Below are positions 1-11,510 of a DNA stretch of 64,000 nucleotides, one piece after another. The position numbers were made by a program, and so were the translations under genes. The notes beneath the pieces are model-generated. The model saw nothing but the letters and a program-made list of their open reading frames with translations. It searched no databases and had not been told where the DNA came from. This DNA comes from an uncultured Verrucomicrobiota bacterium (GTDB taxonomy: Bacteria; Verrucomicrobiota; Kiritimatiellia; RFP12; UBA1067). Numbering within the stretch: the stretch's first letter is position 1; the number at the start of each line of letters is the position of its first letter. The stretch is from positions 3,158 to 67,157 of the forward strand of contig CAMOCC010000004.1 in NCBI GenBank assembly GCA_946610035.1, given 5' to 3'.

Positions 1-75
1 ACCTTCCCGGAGGCGCAGCGCTTTGCGCAACGCGCGCGCGTCTTCTACGCACACAAGGAGAAGTTGCGCAAGTAG
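1..75 (+). CDS. 3' end of an unidentified CDS entering from upstream
   Basis: Open frame from window edge to TAG at 73-75 (..AHKEKLRK*); too short to name. Confidence 0.25.
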   Translation, partial: TFPEAQRFAQRARVFYAHKEKLRK

Positions 76-107
76 AATACGCGGCGGACTCGACGTCCGT
101 CGACCAC

Positions 108-189
108 GCGCCCGTGGTGGAATGGCAGACACGGTGGATTTAGGTTCCACTGCTTCGGCATGGGGGTTCGAGTCCCTCCGGGCGCACCA
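108..189 (+). tRNA. tRNA-Leu (anticodon TAG)
   Basis: Cloverleaf by eye: acceptor GCGCCCG/CGGGCGC, anticodon stem GTGGA/TCCAC with loop TTTAGGT, long variable arm, T-loop GGTTCGAGTCC, encoded CCA. Confidence 0.9.
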
Positions 190-275
190 CTTCAGAATAT
201 GTGAACAACGTCGCGCGCGATTTGTGCGCGGCGGCTTGTTTATGGCGACTTTTCCGCCCCGTCCGCCACGATTTT

Positions 276-284
276 TGGTATAAT
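276..284 (+). promoter_or_regulatory. Extended -10 promoter element TGgTATAAT upstream of purE
   Basis: Exact TGnTATAAT 30 nt before the purE ATG; AC-rich leader with AAAGGA Shine-Dalgarno follows. Confidence 0.5.
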
Positions 285-314
285 ACCACAACATCAACGA
301 AAGGATTTCGAAAA

Positions 315-812
315 ATGGCGGATATTCGCGTCGGCATAGTCATGGGCAGCGATTCGGACTGGCCCCTGGTGAAGAAGGCTTGTGAAACGCTCGACAAGTT
401 CGGCGTCGGCTACGAGACGCGCGTCATCTCGGCGCACAGGACTCCGGATGTGGCGATAGACTACTCGAGGACTGCCGAAGGCCGCGGGCTCAAGGTCATC
501 ATCGCGGCTGCGGGCGGGGCGGCGCACCTCGGCGGCGTCCTCGCCGCGGCGACGGTCCTCCCCGTAATAGGGATCCCGGTCGCGGGCGGGGCTCTGAACG
601 GACTCGACGCGCTCTATGCGACGGTCCAGATGCCGTCGGGCGTCCCGGTCGCCACGGTCGCCGTGGGCAGTGCGGGCCCGACCAACGCGGCGCTTCTCGC
701 AGTCCAGATACTCGGCACGTCCGACGAGGGGCTTCGCGAGAAGTTCCGCGCCCACAAGGAGGAGCTGAGGAAGAAGGTCGAAGCCGCCAACGAGAGGATT
801 CATCAGAGTTGA
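315..812 (+). CDS. purE: N5-carboxyaminoimidazole ribonucleotide mutase (PurE)
   Basis: MADIRVGIVMGSDSDWPLV.. and AAGGAAHLGGVLAA.. motifs typical of PurE; internal ATG of ORF 201-812 preceded by an SD. Confidence 0.9.
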   Translation: MADIRVGIVMGSDSDWPLVKKACETLDKFGVGYETRVISAHRTPDVAIDYSRTAEGRGLKVIIAAAGGAAHLGGVLAAATVLPVIGIPVAGGALNGLDALYATVQMPSGVPVATVAVGSAGPTNAALLAVQILGTSDEGLREKFRAHKEELRKKVEAANERIHQS

Positions 813-866
813 CTGTCCGGATCGTCTGATTTGGCTTAGCATCCATATTCCAACCACTAACAGAAG

Positions 867-1838
867 ATGAAGAAGGCACTAGTTACAGGCGGGGCGGGAT
901 TCCTGGGGAGCCATATGTGCAAGAGGCTCCTGGACGACGGGTATGAAGTCACGGCCCTGGACAACCTGTTCACGGGGACGAAGGAGAACATCTATCCGCT
1001 TTTCGAGAACCACCGCTTCTCCTTCGTCCTCCACGACGTCACGCAGCCGTTCTGGGGGCAGTTCGACGAGATATACAACCTCGCATGCCCGGCTTCGCCC
1101 ATCCACTACCAGCACAATCCGGTCGAGACGCTCAAGAGCTCGGTCCTCGGCATGATGAACATGCTGGACCTCGCGCTCAAGACGAAGGCGAAGCTCATCC
1201 ACACTTCGACGAGCGAAGTCTACGGCGACCCTCTCGTGCATCCTCAGGTGGAGACGTACTGGGGCAATGTGAACACTATCGGCATCAGGAGCTGCTACGA
1301 CGAGGGCAAGCGCTGCGCCGAGACGCTTGCCGCGGACTACAGGCGCGAGTTCGGCGTGGATGCGAGGATGGTGCGGATATTCAACACCTACGGACCCAAC
1401 ATGCATCCGAAGGACGGGCGCGTCATTTCGAACTTCATCATGCAGGCGCTGTCCGGCGACGACATCACGCTCTTCGGCGACGGCGAGCAGACGCGGTCCT
1501 TCCAGTACTGCTCCGACCTCGTGGAGGCCATGCGCCGCTACATGGAGCTGCCGCGCGCGCGCATCGACGCGTTCTTCGAGTCGAAGGGGCTGGGCGCGCC
1601 CGTCCTCAACACGGGGAATCCCGGCGAATACACCATCAGGGAGCTTGCGGAGGAGGTCCTCCGCCAGATGCCTGAGTCCAAGTCGAAGCTTGTCTTCGCG
1701 CCGCTCCCGGCCGACGACCCGAAGCGCCGGAAGCCGGACATCGCCCTTGCAAAGGAGCTCCTCGGCTGGGAGCCCGAAGTCCCCCTCGCAGAGGGCCTTG
1801 CCAAGACGATAGCGTATTTCAAAGGAAAGTTCAAATGA
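867..1838 (+). CDS. UDP-glucuronate decarboxylase (UDP-xylose synthase, SDR family)
   Basis: N-terminal [10 protein letters not shown] Rossmann motif, YDEGKR active-site region, overall UXS-like sequence. Confidence 0.85.
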   Translation: MKKALVTGGAGFLGSHMCKRLLDDGYEVTALDNLFTGTKENIYPLFENHRFSFVLHDVTQPFWGQFDEIYNLACPASPIHYQHNPVETLKSSVLGMMNMLDLALKTKAKLIHTSTSEVYGDPLVHPQVETYWGNVNTIGIRSCYDEGKRCAETLAADYRREFGVDARMVRIFNTYGPNMHPKDGRVISNFIMQALSGDDITLFGDGEQTRSFQYCSDLVEAMRRYMELPRARIDAFFESKGLGAPVLNTGNPGEYTIRELAEEVLRQMPESKSKLVFAPLPADDPKRRKPDIALAKELLGWEPEVPLAEGLAKTIAYFKGKFK

Positions 1839-3133
1839 AAGACCTAAAGGAAGCATACAAGACGATCGAGGCGGACCACTTCGCCCCGGCAATGGAAATC
1901 TCGTTCATCGACGGCGCGAACCGCCAGACATTACGATACGAGAAGGTGACGTGGAACATCGGCGGCGAGGAGAAGGGGCTCAGGTACGGCGAGAACCCGG
2001 GACAGGAGGCCGCGCTCTACCGCCTCGTCAACGGGAACCTCGTCCTCGGCGACGTGGAGATGCTCCAGGCGGGGCAGTACCTAGCGTCCGTCCCGGAGCT
2101 CCTCCAGTCCGGCAAGCACCCCGGCAAGACGAACGTCACCGACACGGACAACGCGCTCAACATCCTCCGCTACCTCATGGAGAAGCCGACCGCCGTCATC
2201 GTGAAGCACAACAATCCGTGCGGAGTCGCGACGGGCTCGACGCTCGCCGAGGCGTACTTCCGCGCGAACAAGGCGGACCGCCTTGCGGCGTTCGGCGGCG
2301 CGATCGCCCTCAACCGCGAGTGCGACATGGAGACCGCGAAGCTCATCGTCGAGAACTACGCCGAGGTCGTCGTCGCTCCCGACTTCAAGCCGGGTGTGAT
2401 GGACCTTTTCGCGACTAAGAAGAACCTGCGCGTTTTCAGGATCAAGAACATGTCGCGCCTCACCGACTTCGTGGCGAAGCACGTCGTCGACTTCAAGTCC
2501 CTGATAGACGGCGGCATCGTCGCGCAGACCTCCTTCAGCGCGAACGCCCGCAAGCCCGAGGACTTCATGCCCGCTTACTGCAACCGCAAGATCACGGACA
2601 AGGCCACGGGCGAAGTCACCTACGAGGAGCACAAGATCAAGCGCCTTCCGACGGCGAAGGAGTACGAGGACCTCGTCTTCGGCTGGCTCGTCGAGGCGGG
2701 CGTCACGTCCAACTCCGTCCTGTACGTCAAGGACGGCGCGACCGTAGGCATCGGCACGGGCGAGCAGGACCGCGTGGGCGTCGCAGAGATCGCGCGCGAC
2801 AAGGCGTACACCAAGCATGCGGACTGGATCGCCTGGGAGAAGTACCACCTTCCGTTCAACGACCTCCGCCTCAAGTTCGGCGAGGAGGAGGGCGCGAAGA
2901 AGCAGGCGGAGGTCATGGAGCAGTCCCGCGCCGAGAAGGGGGGGCTGCCCGGCTGCGCAATGGTTTCGGACGCGTTCTTCCCGTTCAGGGACGGACTCGA
3001 GGTCGGCATCCGCGAGGGCATAACGTCCGTCGTCCAGCCCGGCGGGGCGATCCGCGACTGGGACGTGATCGACTGCGCCAACGACGCCGGCGTCGCGATG
3101 GTCTTCACCGGCCAGCGCAGCTTCCGTCATTGA
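1835..3133 (+). CDS. purH: AICAR transformylase-domain protein (PurH-like, lacks IMP cyclohydrolase half)
   Basis: LRYGENPGQ and KHNNPCGVA motifs of the AICARFT domain; 432 aa; ATGA overlap with the upstream gene. Confidence 0.75.
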   Translation: MKDLKEAYKTIEADHFAPAMEISFIDGANRQTLRYEKVTWNIGGEEKGLRYGENPGQEAALYRLVNGNLVLGDVEMLQAGQYLASVPELLQSGKHPGKTNVTDTDNALNILRYLMEKPTAVIVKHNNPCGVATGSTLAEAYFRANKADRLAAFGGAIALNRECDMETAKLIVENYAEVVVAPDFKPGVMDLFATKKNLRVFRIKNMSRLTDFVAKHVVDFKSLIDGGIVAQTSFSANARKPEDFMPAYCNRKITDKATGEVTYEEHKIKRLPTAKEYEDLVFGWLVEAGVTSNSVLYVKDGATVGIGTGEQDRVGVAEIARDKAYTKHADWIAWEKYHLPFNDLRLKFGEEEGAKKQAEVMEQSRAEKGGLPGCAMVSDAFFPFRDGLEVGIREGITSVVQPGGAIRDWDVIDCANDAGVAMVFTGQRSFRH

Positions 3134-3158
3134 TTGCTTGGCACGCTTGAGCGATATA

Positions 3159-3167
3159 TGATATAAT
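3159..3167 (+). promoter_or_regulatory. Extended -10 promoter TGaTATAAT, 9 nt before the ATG at 3177
   Basis: Exact TGnTATAAT; no SD between hexamer and ATG. Confidence 0.5.
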
Positions 3168-3176
3168 TACTGCACT

Positions 3177-4739
3177 ATGGATACGGTAGACACATCGAAA
3201 CTCGACCTTTCGTCGCTTGGCTCCCTCGACTTCACGCCCGCATGGGCGCGCAAGGACGCCGGCGTCACGATTGGAAAGACAACCCCCGAGCGACGTTCGG
3301 ACGACCGCCGGCCCGCCGGGGATCGCAAGGGCCCCGACCGCGACCGCAAGCCGGGCGGCGACCTCAAGCCGTTCGACAGGGACCGCAAGGCGGGCGGCGG
3401 CTTCGGCAAGAAGCCGTTCGACCGTTCGCGTCCGCGCTTCGAGGAGAGGCCTAAGCCCCTGAACGTCGATGTGAAGATCCTCCCCGAGACGAAGGCGCTC
3501 GGCACGATCATCCGCAAGCTCCAGCAGGACTTCCACGCCTTCAAGCTCAAGGACCTCGCGTACTTCTTCCTGGACAATCCGCAGTCCGTGCTCCTCAAGA
3601 TCACGCCGAAGCCCCCCGCGCAGGGCGAGCAGCCGAAGCCGCTCGGCTTCCACCAGTGCAAGGCGTGCGGCTTCGCGTCCAACAACGAGGCGGACGTCGT
3701 CTCGCACATCGTCGCCGCGCACCTGGGCGACTACTTCGATTCGAAGGAGGTCGACTGCGAGCCGCCGAAGGGCAACTTCAACTGCGTCGCCAAGTGCGGA
3801 CTCTCCGGCGTCCTGCTCGGGCCGCCGAACATCCACGAGTTCAACGCGACGGTCCGCGAGATGATAAGGACGCGCTATCCGGGCATGACGGAGGAGCAGT
3901 ACCGCTCGCACATCGAGATGGTGCGCGACCCCGAGGCGATCGAGGAGTGGCGCAAGGGCGCGGTCAAGCGCACGATTTTCACCGCGAAGGGCGCGGGGGA
4001 AGGCTCGCAGACATACACGCGCGAGCAGGCGGAGGCCGAGTTCAAGCGCACGATCCTGCCGTCCATGCTCGACGTCCCGAAGCACCTCATGATCACCGCC
4101 GACGTGGCCTTGAAGAGTCCGCTCCGCCCCCTTCAGTGGGCGGCGAAGGACGCGCTCGAGGCCGAGCGCCGTGCGCCGTACAACATGTGCTTCGCTTTGC
4201 GCGGGGCCTTCCACCACAGGAAGATGCACTTCTTCAGGGCGAACGATTCGCGCGGACCCGAGTTCGTCATCGGCATCGAGCCCAAGGCGTTCGACACCGC
4301 GCACGCAATTCCCGAGCTTGCGAAGGTCGCGACGTTCATAGCGGAGAATCCGTGCTCGGCCAAGGCGGACATCGCATCCGACCCCGAGTCGGAGAAGCAC
4401 CTCTCGTGGCTCGTTTCGACCGGGCACGTAATCGCCTTCACGAACGGCGTCTACTCGGCCGTCGAGAAGTTCCCGAAGTACGGCCCCCAGTGGCGCAAGA
4501 AGAAGACGGGGTCTGATAAGGTCGAAGTAGCGTCGGATAAGGTTGAGGCAGTGTCGGATAAGGTCGAGGCAGCGTTGGATGGCGGCGCGACCGCCGACAC
4601 TCCGGCACCCGAACCGGCCCCTGCGCCCGCCGCGCCTGCGCCCGTCGAACCCGAGCCTGCGCCCGCCGAACCTGCGCCCGTCGAACCCGAGCCTGCGCCC
4701 GCCGAACCTCAACCCGAGGCCGCCGCCGACCCTAAATGA
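3177..4739 (+). CDS. Hypothetical protein with basic disordered N-terminus, one classical C2H2 zinc-finger pattern and Pro/Ala/Glu-rich repeat tail
   Basis: 520-aa ORF with GC-typical codon use; CKACGFASNNEADVVSHIVAAH fits C-X2-C-X12-H-X4-H (nt 3657-3722); 21-bp x3 (SDKVExx) and 36-bp x2 (PAPVEPEPAPAE) coding repeats near the 3' end. Confidence 0.6.
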   Translation: MDTVDTSKLDLSSLGSLDFTPAWARKDAGVTIGKTTPERRSDDRRPAGDRKGPDRDRKPGGDLKPFDRDRKAGGGFGKKPFDRSRPRFEERPKPLNVDVKILPETKALGTIIRKLQQDFHAFKLKDLAYFFLDNPQSVLLKITPKPPAQGEQPKPLGFHQCKACGFASNNEADVVSHIVAAHLGDYFDSKEVDCEPPKGNFNCVAKCGLSGVLLGPPNIHEFNATVREMIRTRYPGMTEEQYRSHIEMVRDPEAIEEWRKGAVKRTIFTAKGAGEGSQTYTREQAEAEFKRTILPSMLDVPKHLMITADVALKSPLRPLQWAAKDALEAERRAPYNMCFALRGAFHHRKMHFFRANDSRGPEFVIGIEPKAFDTAHAIPELAKVATFIAENPCSAKADIASDPESEKHLSWLVSTGHVIAFTNGVYSAVEKFPKYGPQWRKKKTGSDKVEVASDKVEAVSDKVEAALDGGATADTPAPEPAPAPAAPAPVEPEPAPAEPAPVEPEPAPAEPQPEAAADPK

Positions 4740-4787
4740 CCCTAAATGACCCTAGAAGACTCTAGAAGACCCTAAAAGACCCTATAA
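4728..4787. repeat. Six tandem copies of a 10-bp unit (GACCCTAAAT / GACCCTAGAA / GACTCTAGAA / GACCCTAAAA / GACCCTATAA)
   Basis: Read directly; the array overlaps the stop codon of ORF 3177-4739 and ends 10 nt before the pheT ATG. Confidence 0.95.
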
Positions 4788-4796
4788 CCATCGAAA

Positions 4797-7238
4797 ATGA
4801 AGATTCCTCTAAGTTGGCTGAATGAATACGTCAAAGTCGACGACATCGACCCGAAGGAGCTCGCCGAGAAACTGACTCGCGCTGGCTTGCAGGTTGAGTC
4901 GGTCGAGTCCGTCGGAGGCGATCCGCTGTCCGACCTCATCGTCGTAGTCGAAGTCCTCGAGTCCGTGGCGCATCCCAACAGCGACCACCTTCACGTATGC
5001 AAGGTGACGGACGGGACGACCGAGTACCAGGTGGTCTGCGGCGCCCCGAACATGCGCGCCGGCATCAAGACGGCGTTTGCGAAGATCGGGGCGCTCATCC
5101 CCGAGGGCGGATTCAAGATCAAGAAGGGCAAGCTGAGGGGCGTCGAGTCGAACGGGATGTGCTGCTCGGAGAAGGAGCTGCACATCGGCGCGGGCGAGGC
5201 GGGGATCATTGAGTTCCCGGCCGACACGCCCACTGGCGCGCTCGTCCGTGACGTCGCGAAGCTCGAAAGGCCGGAGGTCGTCTTCGACATCGAAGTCACC
5301 TGGAACCGTCCTGACGCGCTGTCCGTCGTCGGCATCGCGCGTGAATACGCGGCGATACTCCATCGCGAACTGAAGATGCCAGCCGTCGACTTCAGGGAGG
5401 GGACCGTCCCCGTCGAGGACGAAGTGAAGGTCGTCGTCGAGAACAGCGTGAAGTGCCCGAGGTACACGGCCCGGGTCGTCACGAAGATGACGCCGGACGC
5501 TCCGTCGCCCGAGCTGATGGCCAAGAGGCTGGAACTGTGCGGGGTCCGCTCGCTCGGCCTCGCCGTGGACGTCACGAACTACGTCATGCTCGAGCTTGGC
5601 CAGCCGCTGCACGCCTTCGACCACACCAAGCTCAAGGACCGCACCATCGTGGTCCGCGACGCGAAGGACGGCGAGACGATGAAGACTCTCGACGGGGTGG
5701 ACAGGAAGCTCGATCCGTCGATGCTCATGATCTGCGACTCCGAGAGGCCCAATGCCGTCGCCGGCATCATGGGCGGCGAGGATTCGGGAATCGCGCCCGG
5801 CACCACGACCGTCATGCTGGAGAGCGCGCTTTTCGAGTGCGCGTCCACAAAGGCGACGGCGACGAAGCTAGGCCTTGCGAGCGAGTCCAGCTACCGCTAC
5901 ATACGCGGGGTGGACAAGGACCTCGCCGACTTCGCGAGCCGCAGGGCGGTCCACCTCCTCCAGAAGTACGGGGCGGCGGAGGTCGCGAAGGGCGTGATCG
6001 ACGTCGACAACAGGGCGAAGCCGCTCAATGCGGACGTAACGCTCAACTTCGAGAGGGCCCGACGCCTCATCGGCATACCCGTCGGCAACGACGGCATGGT
6101 CTTCATCCTCAAGTCGCTCGGCCTCACGCCGCGCACGACGGGGATGCTCTACGCAGGCATCGAGGAGGTCGCGTTCGGCATTCCGAGCTGGAGGTACGAC
6201 CTTTCGCTCGAGGCGGACCTCGTGGAGGAGATCGCGAGGATTTACGGGCTGGACAACATTCCGGACACGATGCCGTCCGCGCCTTCCGTCTCGTCCCTCA
6301 GCGACGCGCCCTTCAAGGCGAAGTCGCGCGTGAGGGAGGTCTGCCTCGCGCTTGGCTTCACGGAGGCGATGCACTACTCCTTCCTCTCCAGGAAAGAGCT
6401 GGACGAGTTCGACACACGCGCGGCGGCGGACCGCCTCGTCATCCCGGACCCGGTGTCCGTCGAGTACGGCGTGATGCGCGACTCGCTCCTTCCCCAGATG
6501 ATGGGGTCCCTTGGGCGCAACGCCTCGCACCAGCTCGAGAACGCGATGCTGTTCGAGCTCGGCAAGGTGTTCTCCAACGCCGGCGGCAAGCCGTCCGAGT
6601 CGGAGAGGCTCGCGCTCGGCTTCTTCGGTCCGGTGGGCCGCGAATCGCTCAGGAGGCGCGCGGCCGTCACCGAGGAGGAGGCCGTACTCTGGATGAAGGG
6701 CGCGGTCGAGAACCTCGTCGCGAAGCTCCACGCGGGGCATTTGGAGTTCGTCCCGGCGGACCATCCGGCGTTCGCGAAGGGGGCGTCCCTTGAAATCAGG
6801 CTCAACGGCAGGAAGATCGGCGTGCTGGGTGCGCTTTCGGCGAAGCTACGCCATCCGTACCGCCTTACGACGCAGATGGCCCTTGCCGAGCTCGAGCTGA
6901 AGATGCTTCTTACAAAGGTGGACGCGGTCGGCAAGGTCTCGGCAGTGCCCCAGTTCCCGCTGGTGAGGCGCGACATCGCGCTTGTCGCCGCGGCGAACGT
7001 CGCCAACGCGGCGATAGAGAAGGTGATTAGGAAGAACGGCGGCAAGACGCTGGCGAAGGTGTCGCTCTTCGACATCTTCAAGTCGAAGGACCTCAAGGAC
7101 GGAAGGCGTTCGCTCGCCTACGCGCTCGAGTTCCGCTCGGCCGAGAGGACGCTCACAGACCAGGAGGTGGGCGCGGCATTCCAGTCCGTCGTGGACGCCC
7201 TGAAGGCGACGGACGGCATCGAGGTGAGGGAGGGCTAG
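4797..7238 (+). CDS. pheT: Phenylalanine--tRNA ligase beta subunit
   Basis: MKIPLSWLNEYV.. N-terminus, tRNA-binding, B3/4, B5 and FDX-ACB-like regions, 813 aa. Confidence 0.95.
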   Translation: MKIPLSWLNEYVKVDDIDPKELAEKLTRAGLQVESVESVGGDPLSDLIVVVEVLESVAHPNSDHLHVCKVTDGTTEYQVVCGAPNMRAGIKTAFAKIGALIPEGGFKIKKGKLRGVESNGMCCSEKELHIGAGEAGIIEFPADTPTGALVRDVAKLERPEVVFDIEVTWNRPDALSVVGIAREYAAILHRELKMPAVDFREGTVPVEDEVKVVVENSVKCPRYTARVVTKMTPDAPSPELMAKRLELCGVRSLGLAVDVTNYVMLELGQPLHAFDHTKLKDRTIVVRDAKDGETMKTLDGVDRKLDPSMLMICDSERPNAVAGIMGGEDSGIAPGTTTVMLESALFECASTKATATKLGLASESSYRYIRGVDKDLADFASRRAVHLLQKYGAAEVAKGVIDVDNRAKPLNADVTLNFERARRLIGIPVGNDGMVFILKSLGLTPRTTGMLYAGIEEVAFGIPSWRYDLSLEADLVEEIARIYGLDNIPDTMPSAPSVSSLSDAPFKAKSRVREVCLALGFTEAMHYSFLSRKELDEFDTRAAADRLVIPDPVSVEYGVMRDSLLPQMMGSLGRNASHQLENAMLFELGKVFSNAGGKPSESERLALGFFGPVGRESLRRRAAVTEEEAVLWMKGAVENLVAKLHAGHLEFVPADHPAFAKGASLEIRLNGRKIGVLGALSAKLRHPYRLTTQMALAELELKMLLTKVDAVGKVSAVPQFPLVRRDIALVAAANVANAAIEKVIRKNGGKTLAKVSLFDIFKSKDLKDGRRSLAYALEFRSAERTLTDQEVGAAFQSVVDALKATDGIEVREG

Positions 7239-7403
7239 GAAATACAGACGACGTGGGTCCTGTGTTGCACGCGGATTGAGCAGATATTTCTTCGACCGAC
7301 ATTTTGAAAGAGGGCGTCAGCCCTTACTTGGAACGAGGGTTCCGGAGGTTCTGTGCTACGGCAATGTGGGATCTTTTACTTGAAGGGAAGGAAGGTTCAT
7401 CAG

Positions 7404-8288
7404 ATGCGAAGTGTACTTTTGTGCATCATGGCGGCGTTGTCCATCGCCGCCGTCGCCGCCCCGGCGGGCGCGGCGGCGCCTGCGGCGCCCGCGTTCACAA
7501 GTTCGTTCCAGAAGCCGCCGTCGGCTAGCCTGAAGGCGCTGAGGGCGACTGTCGGCAAGCCGTTCAAGGAGGGCTACGTCTTCATAGACGGACGCTACCT
7601 CCCGCCGCCGTACAAGGTCGAGCGCTGGGGGACGGTCCTTAGGATCAACGGCGTGCAGGTGACGTCGGAGATCGTCCCGTGGGACGAGTTCGTGAAGACG
7701 CAGACCGGAGTGACGGCGACGAAGAGCGAGTCTCCCCTGTCGGACGACATCGGCGCAGCCGAGCCCGAGCCGGAGCCGGAGCCCGAGCCGGAGGAGGAGA
7801 TCGACGACGACGACAGCTCGCTCGACGATCTCTTCGACGACGATCCCGCGCCCAAGAAGAAGAAGCCGGCGAAGCGCAAGACGTACAAGCCGAAGCCGAA
7901 GAAGCCGACCGTCACCGTGACATACTCCTTCGACGGTGAGTTCACGCCCAACGAGAAGACGAAGGCGTATGTTGAGAAGATCAACAAGGAGCGAACCCGC
8001 ATCGACAAGGGCCTGAGGTCCGGCGGATACTTCTGCTTCAGCTCCAAGTACTCCACGGTGTCGGGGGACTCCGGTGCGGCGAAGCACATCATGCAGAAGC
8101 TTCCCGGCCTTATGAAGGACTACTCCAGCCTCGAGTCGTTCTCCGCGGCGGTTAACGCGGCCGGCTTCTCGTACCTGCCCCCCGCCCTGGTCAACGACCT
8201 CTTCAAGAACAGAATCGTCTATCCGCAGCTGATGAAGCGCATAAAGGACGCGGAGGAGGAGCGGAAGTGGATGTCCCTCGGGTTCTGA
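7404..8288 (+). CDS. Hypothetical secreted protein with acidic (EPEPEP, DDDD) and basic (KKKKPAKRK) low-complexity linker
   Basis: Signal-peptide-like MRSVLLCIMAALSIAAVAAPAGA after a GAAGGAAGG SD; no recognisable domain. Confidence 0.55.
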   Translation: MRSVLLCIMAALSIAAVAAPAGAAAPAAPAFTSSFQKPPSASLKALRATVGKPFKEGYVFIDGRYLPPPYKVERWGTVLRINGVQVTSEIVPWDEFVKTQTGVTATKSESPLSDDIGAAEPEPEPEPEPEEEIDDDDSSLDDLFDDDPAPKKKKPAKRKTYKPKPKKPTVTVTYSFDGEFTPNEKTKAYVEKINKERTRIDKGLRSGGYFCFSSKYSTVSGDSGAAKHIMQKLPGLMKDYSSLESFSAAVNAAGFSYLPPALVNDLFKNRIVYPQLMKRIKDAEEERKWMSLGF

Positions 8289-8362
8289 GGCGCCTTCCAG
8301 AGGCGCCTTGAGCCCGCATGGCAGATTTTTTGCATTTTTTCGCCCCGCCCGTGCGTATTTTG

Positions 8363-8371
8363 TGATATAAT
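8363..8371 (+). promoter_or_regulatory. Extended -10 promoter TGaTATAAT upstream of rpoD
   Basis: Exact TGnTATAAT about 50 nt before the rpoD ATG. Confidence 0.4.
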
Positions 8372-8422
8372 ATTCGGAACGCTTGACAAAGTGCAAGTGG
8401 GTGAATTGTATACTGGAGAGAT

Positions 8423-10426
<2,004 letters not shown>

Positions 10427-10456
10427 AGAGACAAAGAAAGGGAGAGTAGAAGGAAA

Positions 10457-10924
10457 ATGAATAGTATCGCAAACCTGTTCAAGGGGGACAACCTAGTCCC
10501 CGCGCTGATCGTAGCAGTAGCCGCGTTCCTCCTGGGCGTGGTGGTTGAGATGATCATATGCAAGCTCGCCTGCAAGTGCGGCGGCAAGAAGGGCGGCGAA
10601 TGCCGCAAGGCGGCGCAGAAGCCGCAGAGGAAGGAGGAGCACTTCGAGAAGCGCCATCCCGCGCCTGCGGACGGCTCGATCGAGATCTACGTCGGCAACC
10701 TCAGCTACGACCTCACCGAGGACCAGCTCCGCGCCGCGTTCGAGGCGTACGGCAAGGTCAACTCCGCGCGGATCATCACGAACCGCTACAACAACAAGTC
10801 CAAGGGCTTCGGCTTCGTCCAGATGCCCAACCGCCCCGAGGCGGAGGCGGCGGTCGCCGCTCTCAACGACAAGGACCTCATGGGCCGCAAGATGAAGTGC
10901 AACGAGGCCAAGAACGTAATCTGA
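10457..10924 (+). CDS. RRM-type RNA-binding protein with N-terminal hydrophobic helix and Cys/Lys-rich linker
   Basis: RNP motifs IYVGNLSY and KGFGFVQM; N-terminal LVPALIVAVAAFLLGVVVEMII segment. Confidence 0.85.
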   Translation: MNSIANLFKGDNLVPALIVAVAAFLLGVVVEMIICKLACKCGGKKGGECRKAAQKPQRKEEHFEKRHPAPADGSIEIYVGNLSYDLTEDQLRAAFEAYGKVNSARIITNRYNNKSKGFGFVQMPNRPEAEAAVAALNDKDLMGRKMKCNEAKNVI

Positions 10925-10949
10925 CCGGCAGACGGCCGAAGGGGATTCC

Positions 10950-11510
10950 ATGAACATGCCTAGAGCGCTCATAGTGCTGGCCGAGGGCTTCGAGGACGTC
11001 GAGGCGGTCACCGTCGTAGACGTCCTGCGCCGCGCAGGCGTGGAGGTCGTCACGGCCGCCCTCGCGGACTCGCCCGATGTGATGAGCGCGCACGGGATTT
11101 CCATGCGCGCGGACGCCCTCTTCGGCGATGCGGAGAAGGACGACTACGATGTCGTCATTCTCCCCGGCGGCGGACTGGGGACGGAGAACCTGAAGAAGTC
11201 GGACGCCGTCCTCGAACGCCTCCGCCGCCAGAAGGAGTCCGGGCGCCTCATCGCGGCGATCTGCGCCGCGCCCACGGTCCTCGTGGAGGCCGGCGTCCTC
11301 GACGACGGGCAGCACGTGACGTGCTACCCGACGTGCAGCGTCGACCTGGACCGCCCCTGCGCGGGCGTCCCGGTCGTAGCGGACGGCAATGTCATCACCG
11401 GTCAGGCGCCGGGTTCGGCGATGCTCTTCGCCCTCGTAATCGTCCAGACGCTTCTCGGTGACAGGGTCGCCCGGAAGGTCGCAGTGGGCCTTGTGACGGA
11501 CGTGCTGTGA
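10950..11510 (+). CDS. DJ-1/PfpI family protein
   Basis: ..VILPGG..G...L.., AAICAAP nucleophile-elbow motif, 186 aa. Confidence 0.85.
   Translation: MNMPRALIVLAEGFEDVEAVTVVDVLRRAGVEVVTAALADSPDVMSAHGISMRADALFGDAEKDDYDVVILPGGGLGTENLKKSDAVLERLRRQKESGRLIAAICAAPTVLVEAGVLDDGQHVTCYPTCSVDLDRPCAGVPVVADGNVITGQAPGSAMLFALVIVQTLLGDRVARKVAVGLVTDVL

Noticed and set aside
3105-4712. Very long ORFs in alternative frames or strands (for example 3105-4712 minus, 27099-30026 minus, 61292-63946 minus, 8432-10198 minus, 59708-61135 plus)
   Set aside because: They overlap clearly recognisable genes in another frame, and their translations are Arg/Gly/Pro/Ala/His-rich low-complexity strings. This is the expected stop-codon-poor artefact of GC-rich DNA, not real genes.
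8385-8416. TTGACA ... TATACT pair just upstream of rpoD as a classical -35/-10 promoter
   Set aside because: The spacer is about 20 nt, outside the functional 16-18 nt range. The upstream TGaTATAAT at 8363-8371 is the better candidate.
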